Made by a program: the position numbers and the translations under genes
Shown here: one piece after another, positions 28,758-37,566 of the stretch
Numbering within the stretch: the first letter of the stretch is position 1
How the letters are laid out: each line of letters opens with the position of its first letter
The notes under the pieces: model-generated
Seen by the model: only the letters and a program-made list of their open reading frames with translations
The model's database searches: none
Told to the model about the DNA's origin: nothing
Sequence record: SRR22947725_1800
DNA length: 37,566 nucleotides
Strand: one strand, 5' to 3'

Positions 28758-28893
28758 CAACAGATCCGTCTTAAAAGATCAGCCTTAATCGCTTAATCAA
28801 TCGGAAGGACAGACTCAAAGGATCCCAGGGAGGGACCCATTTCACGTTTCACTTTCTGAATCGTTGTGGAGGAAGCGGCTCTCTTTGATGGAG

Positions 28894-28941
28894 TAAGCCT
28901 CTAATGTGTAAGCCTCTTAAGCCTCTAATGTGTAAGCCTCG
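28894..28941. repeat. 24-bp x2 tandem repeat containing four TAAGCCTC cores
   Basis: TAAGCCTCTAATGTGTAAGCCTCT / TAAGCCTCTAATGTGTAAGCCTCG, just past the rplS stop. Confidence 0.88.
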
Positions 28942-28972
28942 CACGGTAAAAGTACGCCTCGCAGTGCTCGAC

Positions 28973-29326
28973 TTACTTCAATTTTTCTTTGATTCGAGCT
29001 GAACGACCGCTTCGTTCTCTGAGATAGTACAGTTTTGCCTTCCGAACATCGCCGCGCCGCTTCACCGTAATACTTTCGATCAACGGGCTGTGGGCTTGGA
29101 AAGTTCGCTCAACGCCGACGCCGTGGGAAATCTTTCGAAGGATAAAAGCAGAATTCAGTCCTCGATTTTTCTTTCCAATGACCACACCTTCGAATGCTTG
29201 TAACCGCTCGCGGTTGCCTTCTGCTACGCGAACTTGAACGACTAACGTATCGCCGGGCGCATAGTCCGGAAGGTCTGTCTTCAGTTGAGCTGCCTCAATT
29301 TGCTGAATGATCTTATTGTTGTTCAT
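28973..29326 (-). CDS. rplS: 50S ribosomal protein L19
   Basis: [34 protein letters not shown]. Confidence 0.98.
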   Translation of the reverse strand: MNNNKIIQQIEAAQLKTDLPDYAPGDTLVVQVRVAEGNRERLQAFEGVVIGKKNRGLNSAFILRKISHGVGVERTFQAHSPLIESITVKRRGDVRKAKLYYLRERSGRSARIKEKLK

Positions 29327-29338
29327 ACTGTTTCCTCA

Positions 29339-30079
29339 TTACTCAGGCTTCTGACTCTTTGTCTCAAGAAAGCGTGCCTCTTGATCTGTTACACCGCGGC
29401 CCTTTAGCAGATCGGGGCGTCTTAATTGCGTGACCATTAAAGACTGCTGATGCCGCCACTGCGCGATGGCCTTGTGGTCGCCGCTGAGCAACACCTCTGG
29501 CACGACTCGCCCACCGACTGTTTCAGGACGCGTATACTGCGGGTATTCGAGCAATCCGTCAATAAAAGACTCATCATTTTTTGAAGATTCGTCGCCCAGA
29601 ACCCCAGGAAGTAGCCGAATCAAGGCATCAAGCGCCATCATCGCGGGCAATTCGCCCCCGCTGACGACAAAATCCCCAACGCAAACCTCAAGATCGACAA
29701 CCGACTCGATAACCCGTTCATCCAAACCTTCATACCGGCTGGCCAAAAACACCATCTCATCAAAATGCTCGATCCACGATGCAAGCAATCCCTGATCTAG
29801 CGGTTTCCCTCTTGGCGAGAAATGGACAACGATTGGCCGTCCCCCTACTGCCGCCTTAGCAGCCTTCACCGCTGCCAACATGGGCTCGGCTTTGAGTACC
29901 ATTCCTGGGCCGCCGCCATAAGGCCGATCATCAACCGTACCATGTCGATCTTCTGCAAAGGTCCGAGGATTCACAACGGTTAGGGTGACCAAATTCCGTT
30001 CAAAGGCCCGGCTTGTCACGCCGAAGTTTCGGATCGCATCGAACATTTCAGGCATTAACGACACGACGGCAAACTTCAT
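29339..30079 (-). CDS. trmD: tRNA (guanine-N1)-methyltransferase
   Basis: VDDRPYGGGPGMV, RYEGLDER, GDFVVSGGELPA, LLEYPQYTRP; ATG 30079 overlaps the rimM stop (TGATG). Confidence 0.97.
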   Translation of the reverse strand: MKFAVVSLMPEMFDAIRNFGVTSRAFERNLVTLTVVNPRTFAEDRHGTVDDRPYGGGPGMVLKAEPMLAAVKAAKAAVGGRPIVVHFSPRGKPLDQGLLASWIEHFDEMVFLASRYEGLDERVIESVVDLEVCVGDFVVSGGELPAMMALDALIRLLPGVLGDESSKNDESFIDGLLEYPQYTRPETVGGRVVPEVLLSGDHKAIAQWRHQQSLMVTQLRRPDLLKGRGVTDQEARFLETKSQKPE

Positions 30080-30609
30080 CAGAAATCCTTGGACCAATTA
30101 ACCAAGATTGAGCCGGTTTCAAGATCGACCTTCAAAATGAACTGCGGCTCGACATAGGGAATGAGCCGCTCAAGACCGTCGACACTGCCGGCACAAGGTT
30201 CAACCACCAAAACATCATTAGCGCCGGTTTCAACCAACCGCGCGACCCTGCCAAGGATTTCACCTTCCGTATTATCAACCGTTAGCCCCATCAACTCATG
30301 CCAATAGAACTCGCCTTCTGGCAGTTGTGGGAAATCAGTCTTTTTGGTCCAGACCGTCGCGCCGACCCAAGCCTCAGCCTGATTTCGGTTATCAACGTCT
30401 TTGAATCGAACTTGGATTTTTTTCCCCTGCTGGCGCACTTCCGCCACTTCTACAGCAATGAGTTTGCCGTGTTGACGGACGTGCCAGGGATGGTAGCTTA
30501 GAATTTGTTCTGCGGGGTCGGTATCGGAAAACAGCTTAATCCATCCCTTAACGCCATGGACCCCAACGATTGATCCAATCTGGATCAGGGCATCCTCTGA
30601 AGCAAGCAA
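30079..30609 (-). CDS. rimM: ribosome maturation factor RimM
   Basis: GVHGVKGWIK, EGEFYWHELMGL, ETGANDVLVV, ERLIPY. Confidence 0.96.
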   Translation of the reverse strand: MLASEDALIQIGSIVGVHGVKGWIKLFSDTDPAEQILSYHPWHVRQHGKLIAVEVAEVRQQGKKIQVRFKDVDNRNQAEAWVGATVWTKKTDFPQLPEGEFYWHELMGLTVDNTEGEILGRVARLVETGANDVLVVEPCAGSVDGLERLIPYVEPQFILKVDLETGSILVNWSKDF

Positions 30610-30626
30610 TGGATTAATCTTGCGCG

Positions 30627-30905
30627 TTAAGCCGCAGCTTCGGCTTCAGGCTCAACTTGAACGACCTTGCGATAGGCTTTGATCAGTGACTTTACGCGAT
30701 CTGAAGGCTGCGCACCTTGGCGAGTCCAGTAATCAATGCGATCAAGATCAAGCCGCATCTTTTCGTCGGAGCCCTTTGCTAACGGATTGAAGAACCCAAC
30801 ACGCTCTATAAAGCGCCCATTGCGGCTTTCGCGACGGTCAGCAACACTGACGTAGTAAAAAGGCCGCTTTTTGGTGCCGCCGCGCGCTAATCGAATTGTT
30901 ACCAT
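30627..30905 (-). CDS. rpsP: 30S ribosomal protein S16
   Basis: [39 protein letters not shown]. Confidence 0.98.
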   Translation of the reverse strand: MVTIRLARGGTKKRPFYYVSVADRRESRNGRFIERVGFFNPLAKGSDEKMRLDLDRIDYWTRQGAQPSDRVKSLIKAYRKVVQVEPEAEAAA

Positions 30906-31110
30906 GTTCTCTTCACCCTTACTTCAATGTCTAAGAAATTTTCTGTGCTGCACCTGTTCAATCTCAGCAAATGCTTACTACAGACGTTTGTTCTACGCCG
31001 CCCAGAGTCTCAAGCGTTGCGCATCTTTTAAATACTCACTTTATACCTGCTCAACAGGTTCTGAGCGGCCTTTGCTACTAAGCCGTTCTTTTTAAATCTC
31101 CGAGCATCGT

Positions 31111-31232
31111 CTTTCTATCCGAGCCTCTTTCCAGGGCTTTTCTATCCAAGCCTCTTTCCACAGCCTTTCTATCCAAATCTCTTTCCAGGGCCTTTCTATC
31201 CAAGCCTTTTTACACAGCCTTTCTGTGCAAGC
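31111..31232. repeat. 27-bp tandem repeat, about 4.5 copies (14+13 bp subunits, alternating variants)
   Basis: CTTTCTATCCGAGCCTCTTTCCAGGGC / TTTTCTATCCAAGCCTCTTTCCACAGC / CTTTCTATCCAAATCTCTTTCCAGGGC / CTTTCTATCCAAGCCTTTTTACACAGC / CTTTCTGTGCAAGC. Confidence 0.92.
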
Positions 31233-31366
31233 GATTCAATTCTTCCTTGGAACCGCGATGGGATCTCTGGGCCCTTTTGTCGTGCACTTTACGTACGGAC
31301 GTTTCTCCCCGGTAAACCAAAGGTTCATCGCAAACCCGAGCACCTTAAAACAACCCAGCTCGCGAA

Positions 31367-31380
31367 GGGCGCCTATTGTA
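31367..31380 (-). promoter_or_regulatory. candidate sigma-70 -10 with GC-rich discriminator for the rpsP operon
   Basis: Minus strand TACAAT-AGGCGCCC; no good -35 seen. Confidence 0.4.
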
Positions 31381-31472
31381 AGACAATCGCCTGCGGAATA
31401 AAACCTTTGTAATACCCCCGGTCGACAATGCGCGCGTCGGCAAAAAAGCGACCGCATCCTTGCCTTATTGAC

Positions 31473-32837
31473 CTAAAACGGACGGCCGCCCTGATTCATC
31501 ATGCCGCCCAATCCGCGCATCATATTGGTCATGCCGCCTTTCTTGCCAAGCTTTTTCATCATTTTTTGCATTTGTTTGTGTTGCTTGAGCAGACGGTTCA
31601 CATCTTGAATTTCTGTTCCCGAACCTCGGGCAATCCTGCGTTTGCGCGAACCACTAATCAGGTCTGGAAAACTACGCTCTTTCGGTGTCATTGAATTGAT
31701 CATCGCTTCAAGCTGACCAAAATTTTGTTGATCAACTCGCGCCTTTGCCGTTTCAGCCATGTTGCCCATCCCTGGCAGCTTATCCAGCATCCCCGTTAAA
31801 CCGCCCATGTTGTTCATCTGTTGGATCTGATCTCGAAAGTCCGAGAGATCAAAGTTACGGCCCTTTTGGATCTTTTTAGCAAGCTTGGTCGCTTTGTCTT
31901 TATCAATCTTTTGCTCAGCTTCTTCGATCAGCGACATTACGTCGCCCATGCCCAGAATCCGGGACGCAATTCGATCCGGATGAAATAATTCTAAAGCCTC
32001 GATTGTTTCGCCTTGACCGATAAATTTGATTGGCCGGCCAGTGACTTGGCGGACTGACAAGGCTGCGCCACCTCGGGCATCGCCATCTGCTTTGGTTAAA
32101 ACAACGCCCGTCAGGGGTAAGACTTCACCAAACTGTTTGGCTGTATTGGCGGCATCCTGACCGGTCATCGCATCAACAACGAAGAGCGTTTCAACCGGGT
32201 CCAGATGCCCGTGCAGCTTTGAGATTTCCTGCATCATGTCGTCGTCAATCGCAAGCCGCCCGGCGGTATCAACGATCAACACATCAACAAACTGTCGCTT
32301 GGCCGCCTGCAATGCATCTTTCGCGATTTGCTCAGGCGCCTGATCAATCGATGACGCAAAAAAATGAAGCCCTGCACTCTCCGCTAGGGTCTGCAGCTGC
32401 TGAATGGCCGCCGGACGATAAACATCGGTGCTGACCAACATGACCTGTTTATTCTCGCGTTGCTTCAACCAAACACCCAGCTTGGCCGCTGTCGTTGTTT
32501 TACCCGCGCCCTGAAGTCCGGCGAGGAGAATCACCGCAGGCGGTTGGCTATTGAGGTCAAGGCCTTCTGAGGCGCCGCCCAGCACCGCCACCAATTCTTC
32601 ATTGACGATCTTTAAGAAAGATTGCGCCGGCGATAAACTCGCGCCCACCTCGGCGCCAATCGCCCGCTGTCGGATTCGATCCATAAAATCTTGAACCACG
32701 GCCAAGGCAACATCGGCGTCAAGTAACGCCAGGCGGACCTCACGTAAGGTTTCTGCAATATTGTCTTCTGATAAGGTTTTTTTACCGCCAATTTGACCCA
32801 GCGCCGCACTGACCCGGCGGGTTAAATTATCAAACAT
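31473..32837 (-). CDS. ffh: signal recognition particle protein
   Basis: GLQGAGKTTT, DVYRPAA, DTAGR, TKADGDARGG, Met-rich M domain with SRKRRIARGSG. Confidence 0.98.
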   Translation of the reverse strand: MFDNLTRRVSAALGQIGGKKTLSEDNIAETLREVRLALLDADVALAVVQDFMDRIRQRAIGAEVGASLSPAQSFLKIVNEELVAVLGGASEGLDLNSQPPAVILLAGLQGAGKTTTAAKLGVWLKQRENKQVMLVSTDVYRPAAIQQLQTLAESAGLHFFASSIDQAPEQIAKDALQAAKRQFVDVLIVDTAGRLAIDDDMMQEISKLHGHLDPVETLFVVDAMTGQDAANTAKQFGEVLPLTGVVLTKADGDARGGAALSVRQVTGRPIKFIGQGETIEALELFHPDRIASRILGMGDVMSLIEEAEQKIDKDKATKLAKKIQKGRNFDLSDFRDQIQQMNNMGGLTGMLDKLPGMGNMAETAKARVDQQNFGQLEAMINSMTPKERSFPDLISGSRKRRIARGSGTEIQDVNRLLKQHKQMQKMMKKLGKKGGMTNMMRGLGGMMNQGGRPF

Positions 32838-33086
32838 AGTGTTGTACCTTCTTTAAAATTATTCCAAGGATTAACCTTGCGGAATCTTATGCTTGTGTTA
32901 GCCGCGACAAACCGGTCCTAGTTATGGCAAAACGTTAACCAAACCGAGGCGTATGGTTGCCCGGGCGCGACATCGCTTCCGTCTTTAGCTTGCGCTATCA
33001 GCGCACTACAAGAAGATCGCGTCTTTCAGCAGAGTTTAATCTGACGAGCTGATATTATAGACCAAGAACTCCTCAAAGGGCTTACG

Positions 33087-33908
33087 ATGAGCGAAAGCTT
33101 CCAAACCTCCCCAAGCTTCATCCTGCTGGCGCTGCTGACCGGCTTGCTCTATTTCGCGAATGGGCTCCGTGCGCGCAGTCGAGTCCAAAAGCTTAGCCAA
33201 GCCACCCAGGCTGACATCTTGAGCATCCTCCTCGGGTTAATCGCCTGCTTGGGTCATGGTTTTCTACTCAAAACCAGTTTGCTTCAAGGTGACGCCATCA
33301 GTCTTGGCCTGCTGCCCATGCTGAGCGTGACCGCCTTTGCGATGAGCCTTGTGATCGCGCTCAACCAAATCAGACGCCCAATGAATCACATCGCTCAACT
33401 GGTCTTCCCGGTCGCAGGCCTCACCCTGCTCATACAAACCGTCTACCCAGGCCAGGGCCCAGTACGGGTCGATGTTGCCCCCGCACTCACCTTGCACATT
33501 ATCCTTTCGATCCTGGCCTACAGTTTGTTGGCGTTAGGGGCCCTGCAAGCGCTGTATTTGACCTGGCATGATCAACGAATGCGGAAAAAGCAATCCGGGG
33601 CCTCTTTATTTTTACCCATTCAAACCCTCGACACCCTCTTGTTTGAGTCAATTTGGACCGGTTTGATTGCCTTAACCCTCGCTATCGGCACCGGCTTTTT
33701 ATTCACAGATTCGCGCGGGGTACCAGGACTTATTCATCACACCATCCTAACCGCCATGGCGTGGCTGGTTTTTGTGGTTCTCCTTTGGGGCCGATATCGG
33801 CTCGGATGGCGTGGCAGCCTAGCGGCTGGTTGGACGCTGCTGGGTTTTGCCTTCCTTGCTCTCGGTTATTTTGGCAGCAAGTTTGTGGTCGAAGTACTGC
33901 TTTCATAA
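33087..33908 (+). CDS. ypjD: YpjD/CcsA-family cytochrome c assembly-like inner membrane protein
   Basis: About 8 TM helices, HIILSILAYSLL, HHTILT, R...GWRG, LGYFGSKFV; divergent from ffh. Confidence 0.85.
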   Translation: MSESFQTSPSFILLALLTGLLYFANGLRARSRVQKLSQATQADILSILLGLIACLGHGFLLKTSLLQGDAISLGLLPMLSVTAFAMSLVIALNQIRRPMNHIAQLVFPVAGLTLLIQTVYPGQGPVRVDVAPALTLHIILSILAYSLLALGALQALYLTWHDQRMRKKQSGASLFLPIQTLDTLLFESIWTGLIALTLAIGTGFLFTDSRGVPGLIHHTILTAMAWLVFVVLLWGRYRLGWRGSLAAGWTLLGFAFLALGYFGSKFVVEVLLS

Positions 33909-33979
33909 AACTCGGGCCTTGACACGAAAGGGATCGATCCGCTACAAGGTCTTCTTAATACTACAAGGCTCGACTCATA

Positions 33980-35245
33980 TTGGACGCCCCCTCAACAGGC
34001 ACGCTGCTCATGGCCGTGATTTGCCTGGTTTTTTTATCCGCTTACTTCTCCGCCTCCGAAACCGCCATGATGGCCCTGAACCGTTATCGGCTGCGGCACT
34101 TAGCGAAGAAAGGTCATCGCGGGGCGCAACGCGCAGCGCAACTCCTTGAGCGCCCGGACCGGTTGCTCGGCGTCATTCTGATAGGCAATAACTTTGTAAA
34201 CTTCTCGGCGGCATCGATTGCAACGCTGCTTGCGATTGAGATACTCGGAGAAAGTGGTGTCGCCTGGGCGCCCGTGATTTGCACCTTTGTTTTTCTGATT
34301 TTCGCAGAGGTTGCCCCCAAGACGATTGCAGCAGCGTTTCCAGAGCGTGTTGCATTACCGTCCTCGCATCTCTTGCGCGTGCTCTTGTTCTTGTTCTACC
34401 CGCTTGTCTGGCTGGTTTCAGCGCTTTCCAACGGCTTGTTGCGCGTATTCGGCATCAATCACCTGGCCTCACAAAATGATCATCTCAGCCGAGAAGAACT
34501 GAGAACCCTTGTCTTTGATGGTGCAAAAATCGCATCCCAATCTCAGAATATGATGCTAGGCGTGTTGGATCTCGATGAGGTATCGGTTGATGACATCATG
34601 GTGCCCAAAAGCGAAATCATAGGCATTGATCTCGATGACGATCTTGACACTATCATTCAACAGCTGCGTAACGCCCAGCATACGCGGCTGCCTGTTTTTC
34701 ATGAGAGCATCGAAAACATTGTCGGGATCTTGCATGTTAGAAGCGCGATTCGCTTTTTATCGAGCGAGACCCTAACCAAAGCCGCTTTGATGCAGGAAAT
34801 TGATGACGCATATTTCGTGCCTGAGAACACCTCCTTGCAGACTCAAATCAGACATTTTCAAAAGCGAAAAGAACGGATCGGGATGGTTGTTGATGAGTAT
34901 GGTGACATTCAAGGCATTGTCACCCTTGAGGATATCCTGGAAGAAATTGTCGGTGAATTCACGACCGATCTTGCTGCCGCAAGCAGCGACATTCATCCTC
35001 AGGAAGATGGCTCATTTTACGTCGATGGCGGCGCCACCATTCGCGCGATTAACCGTGCGCTGAATTGGCAATTACCCTCGGAAGGGCCAAAAACACTGAA
35101 CGGACTCATTACTGAAACCCTCGAAACGATCCCCGAAGCACCCGTTTGCTTAACCATTACGGGCTATCAGATCGAAATCATTCGCCTTAAAGGCAACATG
35201 ATCGTCACCGCCAAACTTTTTCCTCGTTTAAACGTCGAGCACTAA
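33980..35245 (+). CDS. corB: CNNM/HlyC-CorC family protein (DUF21-CBS-CBS-CorC)
   Basis: SAYFSASETAMM, ILIGNN, FAEVAPKT, HTRLPV, VDEYGDIQGIVTLEDILEEIVGE, PKTLNGLI. Confidence 0.88.
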   Translation: MDAPSTGTLLMAVICLVFLSAYFSASETAMMALNRYRLRHLAKKGHRGAQRAAQLLERPDRLLGVILIGNNFVNFSAASIATLLAIEILGESGVAWAPVICTFVFLIFAEVAPKTIAAAFPERVALPSSHLLRVLLFLFYPLVWLVSALSNGLLRVFGINHLASQNDHLSREELRTLVFDGAKIASQSQNMMLGVLDLDEVSVDDIMVPKSEIIGIDLDDDLDTIIQQLRNAQHTRLPVFHESIENIVGILHVRSAIRFLSSETLTKAALMQEIDDAYFVPENTSLQTQIRHFQKRKERIGMVVDEYGDIQGIVTLEDILEEIVGEFTTDLAAASSDIHPQEDGSFYVDGGATIRAINRALNWQLPSEGPKTLNGLITETLETIPEAPVCLTITGYQIEIIRLKGNMIVTAKLFPRLNVEH

Positions 35246-35299
35246 ACCTTAGAAGAACAACCCATAGACCCCCGGGGCGTGCCCGATCATCCCTTGAGC

Positions 35300-37566
35300 C
35301 TAGGTGACGATTGCCTGCGCAATGGCGTTCTTTGTTTGATCACAAATTGATTGCAACGACCCAAGGTGGGTTTGTAACGCAGGCGTCGCCTTCGCTTTAC
35401 CCGCCAATTCGAGTTCGAAGCAAAGGTCTGCCAACCTATGGGCGCCAACCGTGCGTGCAGACGATTTTAACTTATGCGCTTCGGCTCGAATTCGGTCGTA
35501 ATCTTCGATATCAAACCCAGACAGCATTCCCGCAACGCCTTCATCAAGTGACGACACAAACTCCGCCAAGAGTTGATTGAGCACTTCAACGTCATCACCA
35601 AATAAGGCATTGAGTTCTGACAGATCCAAAATAATCGAGCCGGCGCTAACTAAATCAGTTTCAGCATGCACCTCAGGCGCATTAGCAATCGATTGATCGG
35701 TCTCTTGTTGGGCATCGGTTGTCGCATCCTGGTCCTGATCAGCGCTTGGCAAATAGGTTCTTAACATCGCTTGTAGCGCACCGATTTCGAGCGGTTTAGA
35801 GAGGTAGTCATTCATTCCCGCCTCAAAACAAGCCGCCGCGGCACCATCCATGGCATTGGCGGTAATCGCAATAATGGGCAACGGATTATCCAAGCTAACT
35901 TCTTCCTGGCGAATTCTACGCGTTAGTTCGTATCCATCCATATTGGGCATGTCGCAATCCGTCAAAAGCAGCCCAATGCCGCCCAAGCGAATGCGGTCCA
36001 ACGCCGCAACCCCGTCATCCACCAACTCGCAGGCCAAGCCAAGGGTGTTGAGTTGTCGCCGAATAACTTGCTGATTCACCGCATTATCTTCAGCCACTAA
36101 AATTAAGAGCCCCTCTTGCGCAGCTTCTGCCGCCGTCATCGGTACCCAAGCATTTTGAAGCACCTCCGCCATCTCGGTTTCGGTCACTAACCCATCGCGC
36201 CCTACCACCCGCGCGGCGGCCGACATTAGTTCGCGCCGCCTAAAGGGGTTACTACTGATCAGCGCCAATCGTTCGTTGACCAAACGCAGCCGCTGCCCAC
36301 GACCTGCGCTAAAAAAGACCCATCCCACCTTCTGCGGCAAGGGATTGGCTTCAACTCGGCGGTAGATCGCTTCTTGTTCTGGCCGACTAAAACGATCGGA
36401 CAAAATCACCACCGGCCGGGTTGAGATCGCATCCAATGCCAAGGATCTTTCCAAATTCATAGGATCCACAACCGCATGGCAATTGGCACCCAGCGGGGTT
36501 AGGACACCGCTGATCGATTCAAAGCTTCGCTCTGAAGCACTGACATAGAAAATATCAACCCCAGAAAGGTCCACGGCGCCGCGCTCAGGGGCCACATCCG
36601 GTGACTCTAGCAACCGAAGCTGTATTTGAAACTCCGCCCCTGACCCAATTGACTGATCACTTCAATCCGGCCCTGCATGACCTCGACAAGACGGCGGCAG
36701 ATTGCGAGGCCCAAACCGGTACCCCCATAAATTCGACTGGTCGATTTTTCGGCCTGTGCAAAATCAGCAAAAATATTTGCTTGCGCCTCAGCGGATAACC
36801 CAATGCCTTGATCAATAACTCGAATCAAAACATCGCAATAATCCCCAACTTGACGCTCAAGCTTCTCTATGCGGACAACGATCTCGGCCGCCAAGGGCGA
36901 AAACTTGATGGCATTACCCACCAAGTTAACGAGGATTTGTCGCAAACGCAGGCCATCTAAGAGCAAATTACTCGGCAGAGCCGGGTCTTGGATTAAGATG
37001 AGGGACTGCTGATGCTTTGCCGCATTCGCTGAGATCACCTCCAGCGCACTTTCTGAGACTTCCGCGAGATCTGAAGGCAAACTCTCCAGCTCTATTCTCC
37101 CAGCCTCAATTTTTGAGATATCCAAAATATCATTGATCAATGACAAAAGGGCTTTACCGGAATCTTGAATGGTCGCCACCATTTCCTTTTGATCCTCACT
37201 CAGCGGGCTGCGCTTCATCAAATCAACCATGCCAGGATGCCGTTCATGGGCGTTCTAATCTCATGACTCATACTGGCCAAGAAATTTGACTTGGAGCTCG
37301 CGGCAATCTCAGCGTTTTCAATGGCCGCTTTGAGCTCTGAAATATCAACCACGGTAATAATCTGATCACCTGCAGGCAAACTTTTGATCGTGACTCGAAC
37401 CCAGCGGTGACCGTTCAACTCAAGATCCTGCTGCGCAAACCCCGCAAGGCTGCCCTGCTCAAACCAAGTTTTTACGATGGTTTTATCCGCACTCGACGGC
37501 GCAAGGATCAGCCCCTGATCGAGCATCGCATCGATCACTCGGATCCAATTCATCTGAGGGCGCAAC
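35300..37566 (-). pseudogene. hybrid sensor histidine kinase (PAS-like, HisKA, HATPase, degenerate REC, REC, Hpt), 5'-truncated by the window and split by two -1 indels (true pseudogene or sequencing error)
   Basis: H-box [18 protein letters not shown]-box NLVGNAIKF, DQGIG, GGTGLGLAI, REC (AEDN, LTDCDMP, LSKP), Hpt HKLKSSA. Adding one G at 37232-37233 and one at 36637-36640 joins the three ORFs. Confidence 0.85.

Noticed and set aside
28740..28830. Replication origin (oriC)
   Set aside because: Only one perfect DnaA box, no AT-rich unwinding element, and no dnaA/gidA/parAB context.
28907..28940. Canonical GacA/UvrY box
   Set aside because: Only TGTAAG half-sites in direct orientation; the palindromic CTTACA partner is absent and the site is downstream of the GGA-rich strand.
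31111..31232. 27-bp array as a CRISPR array
   Set aside because: Units are directly adjacent with no unique spacers, and there are no cas genes. The same applies to the 14-bp and 24-bp arrays.
31236..31457. 73-aa ORF upstream of the rpsP array, with possible TGA readthrough into the Trp-rich repeat frame
   Set aside because: No SD or recognisable features, it spans the probable promoter, and no SECIS-like or readthrough signal is evident.

Overview
A core-genome segment of a gammaproteobacterium (Pseudomonas/Cellvibrionales-like gene order, roughly 50% GC by eye), mostly on the minus strand: relA (5' part), rlmD, cysM, a divergent small Hpt protein, acpS-recO-era-rnc-DUF4845-lepB-lepA, the sigma-E cluster rpoE-rseA-rseB-rseC-mucD, nadB, ygfX-like/sdhE, ygfZ, ung, lysS, prfB (programmed +1 frameshift), recJ, hom, alaC, dsbC, xerD, an MFS transporter, rplS-trmD-rimM-rpsP, ffh, ypjD, corB, and a hybrid sensor kinase split by two single-G deficits in G runs. 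I found no mobile element, CRISPR array, rRNA or intact tRNA, and I cannot demonstrate a new system. The best leads are: (i) a kinase-less Hpt protein at the gacS/barA syntenic position; (ii) two GGA-rich intergenic tracts flanking the rpsP operon, one a 27-bp tandem array; (iii) a cysM that appears to need an ATC/ATT start; (iv) a 14-bp array between rpoE and rseA; (v) a KASP-repeat N-terminal tail on XerD; (vi) local absence of pdxJ and thrC. All gene calls come from motif recognition and synteny, not database searches.
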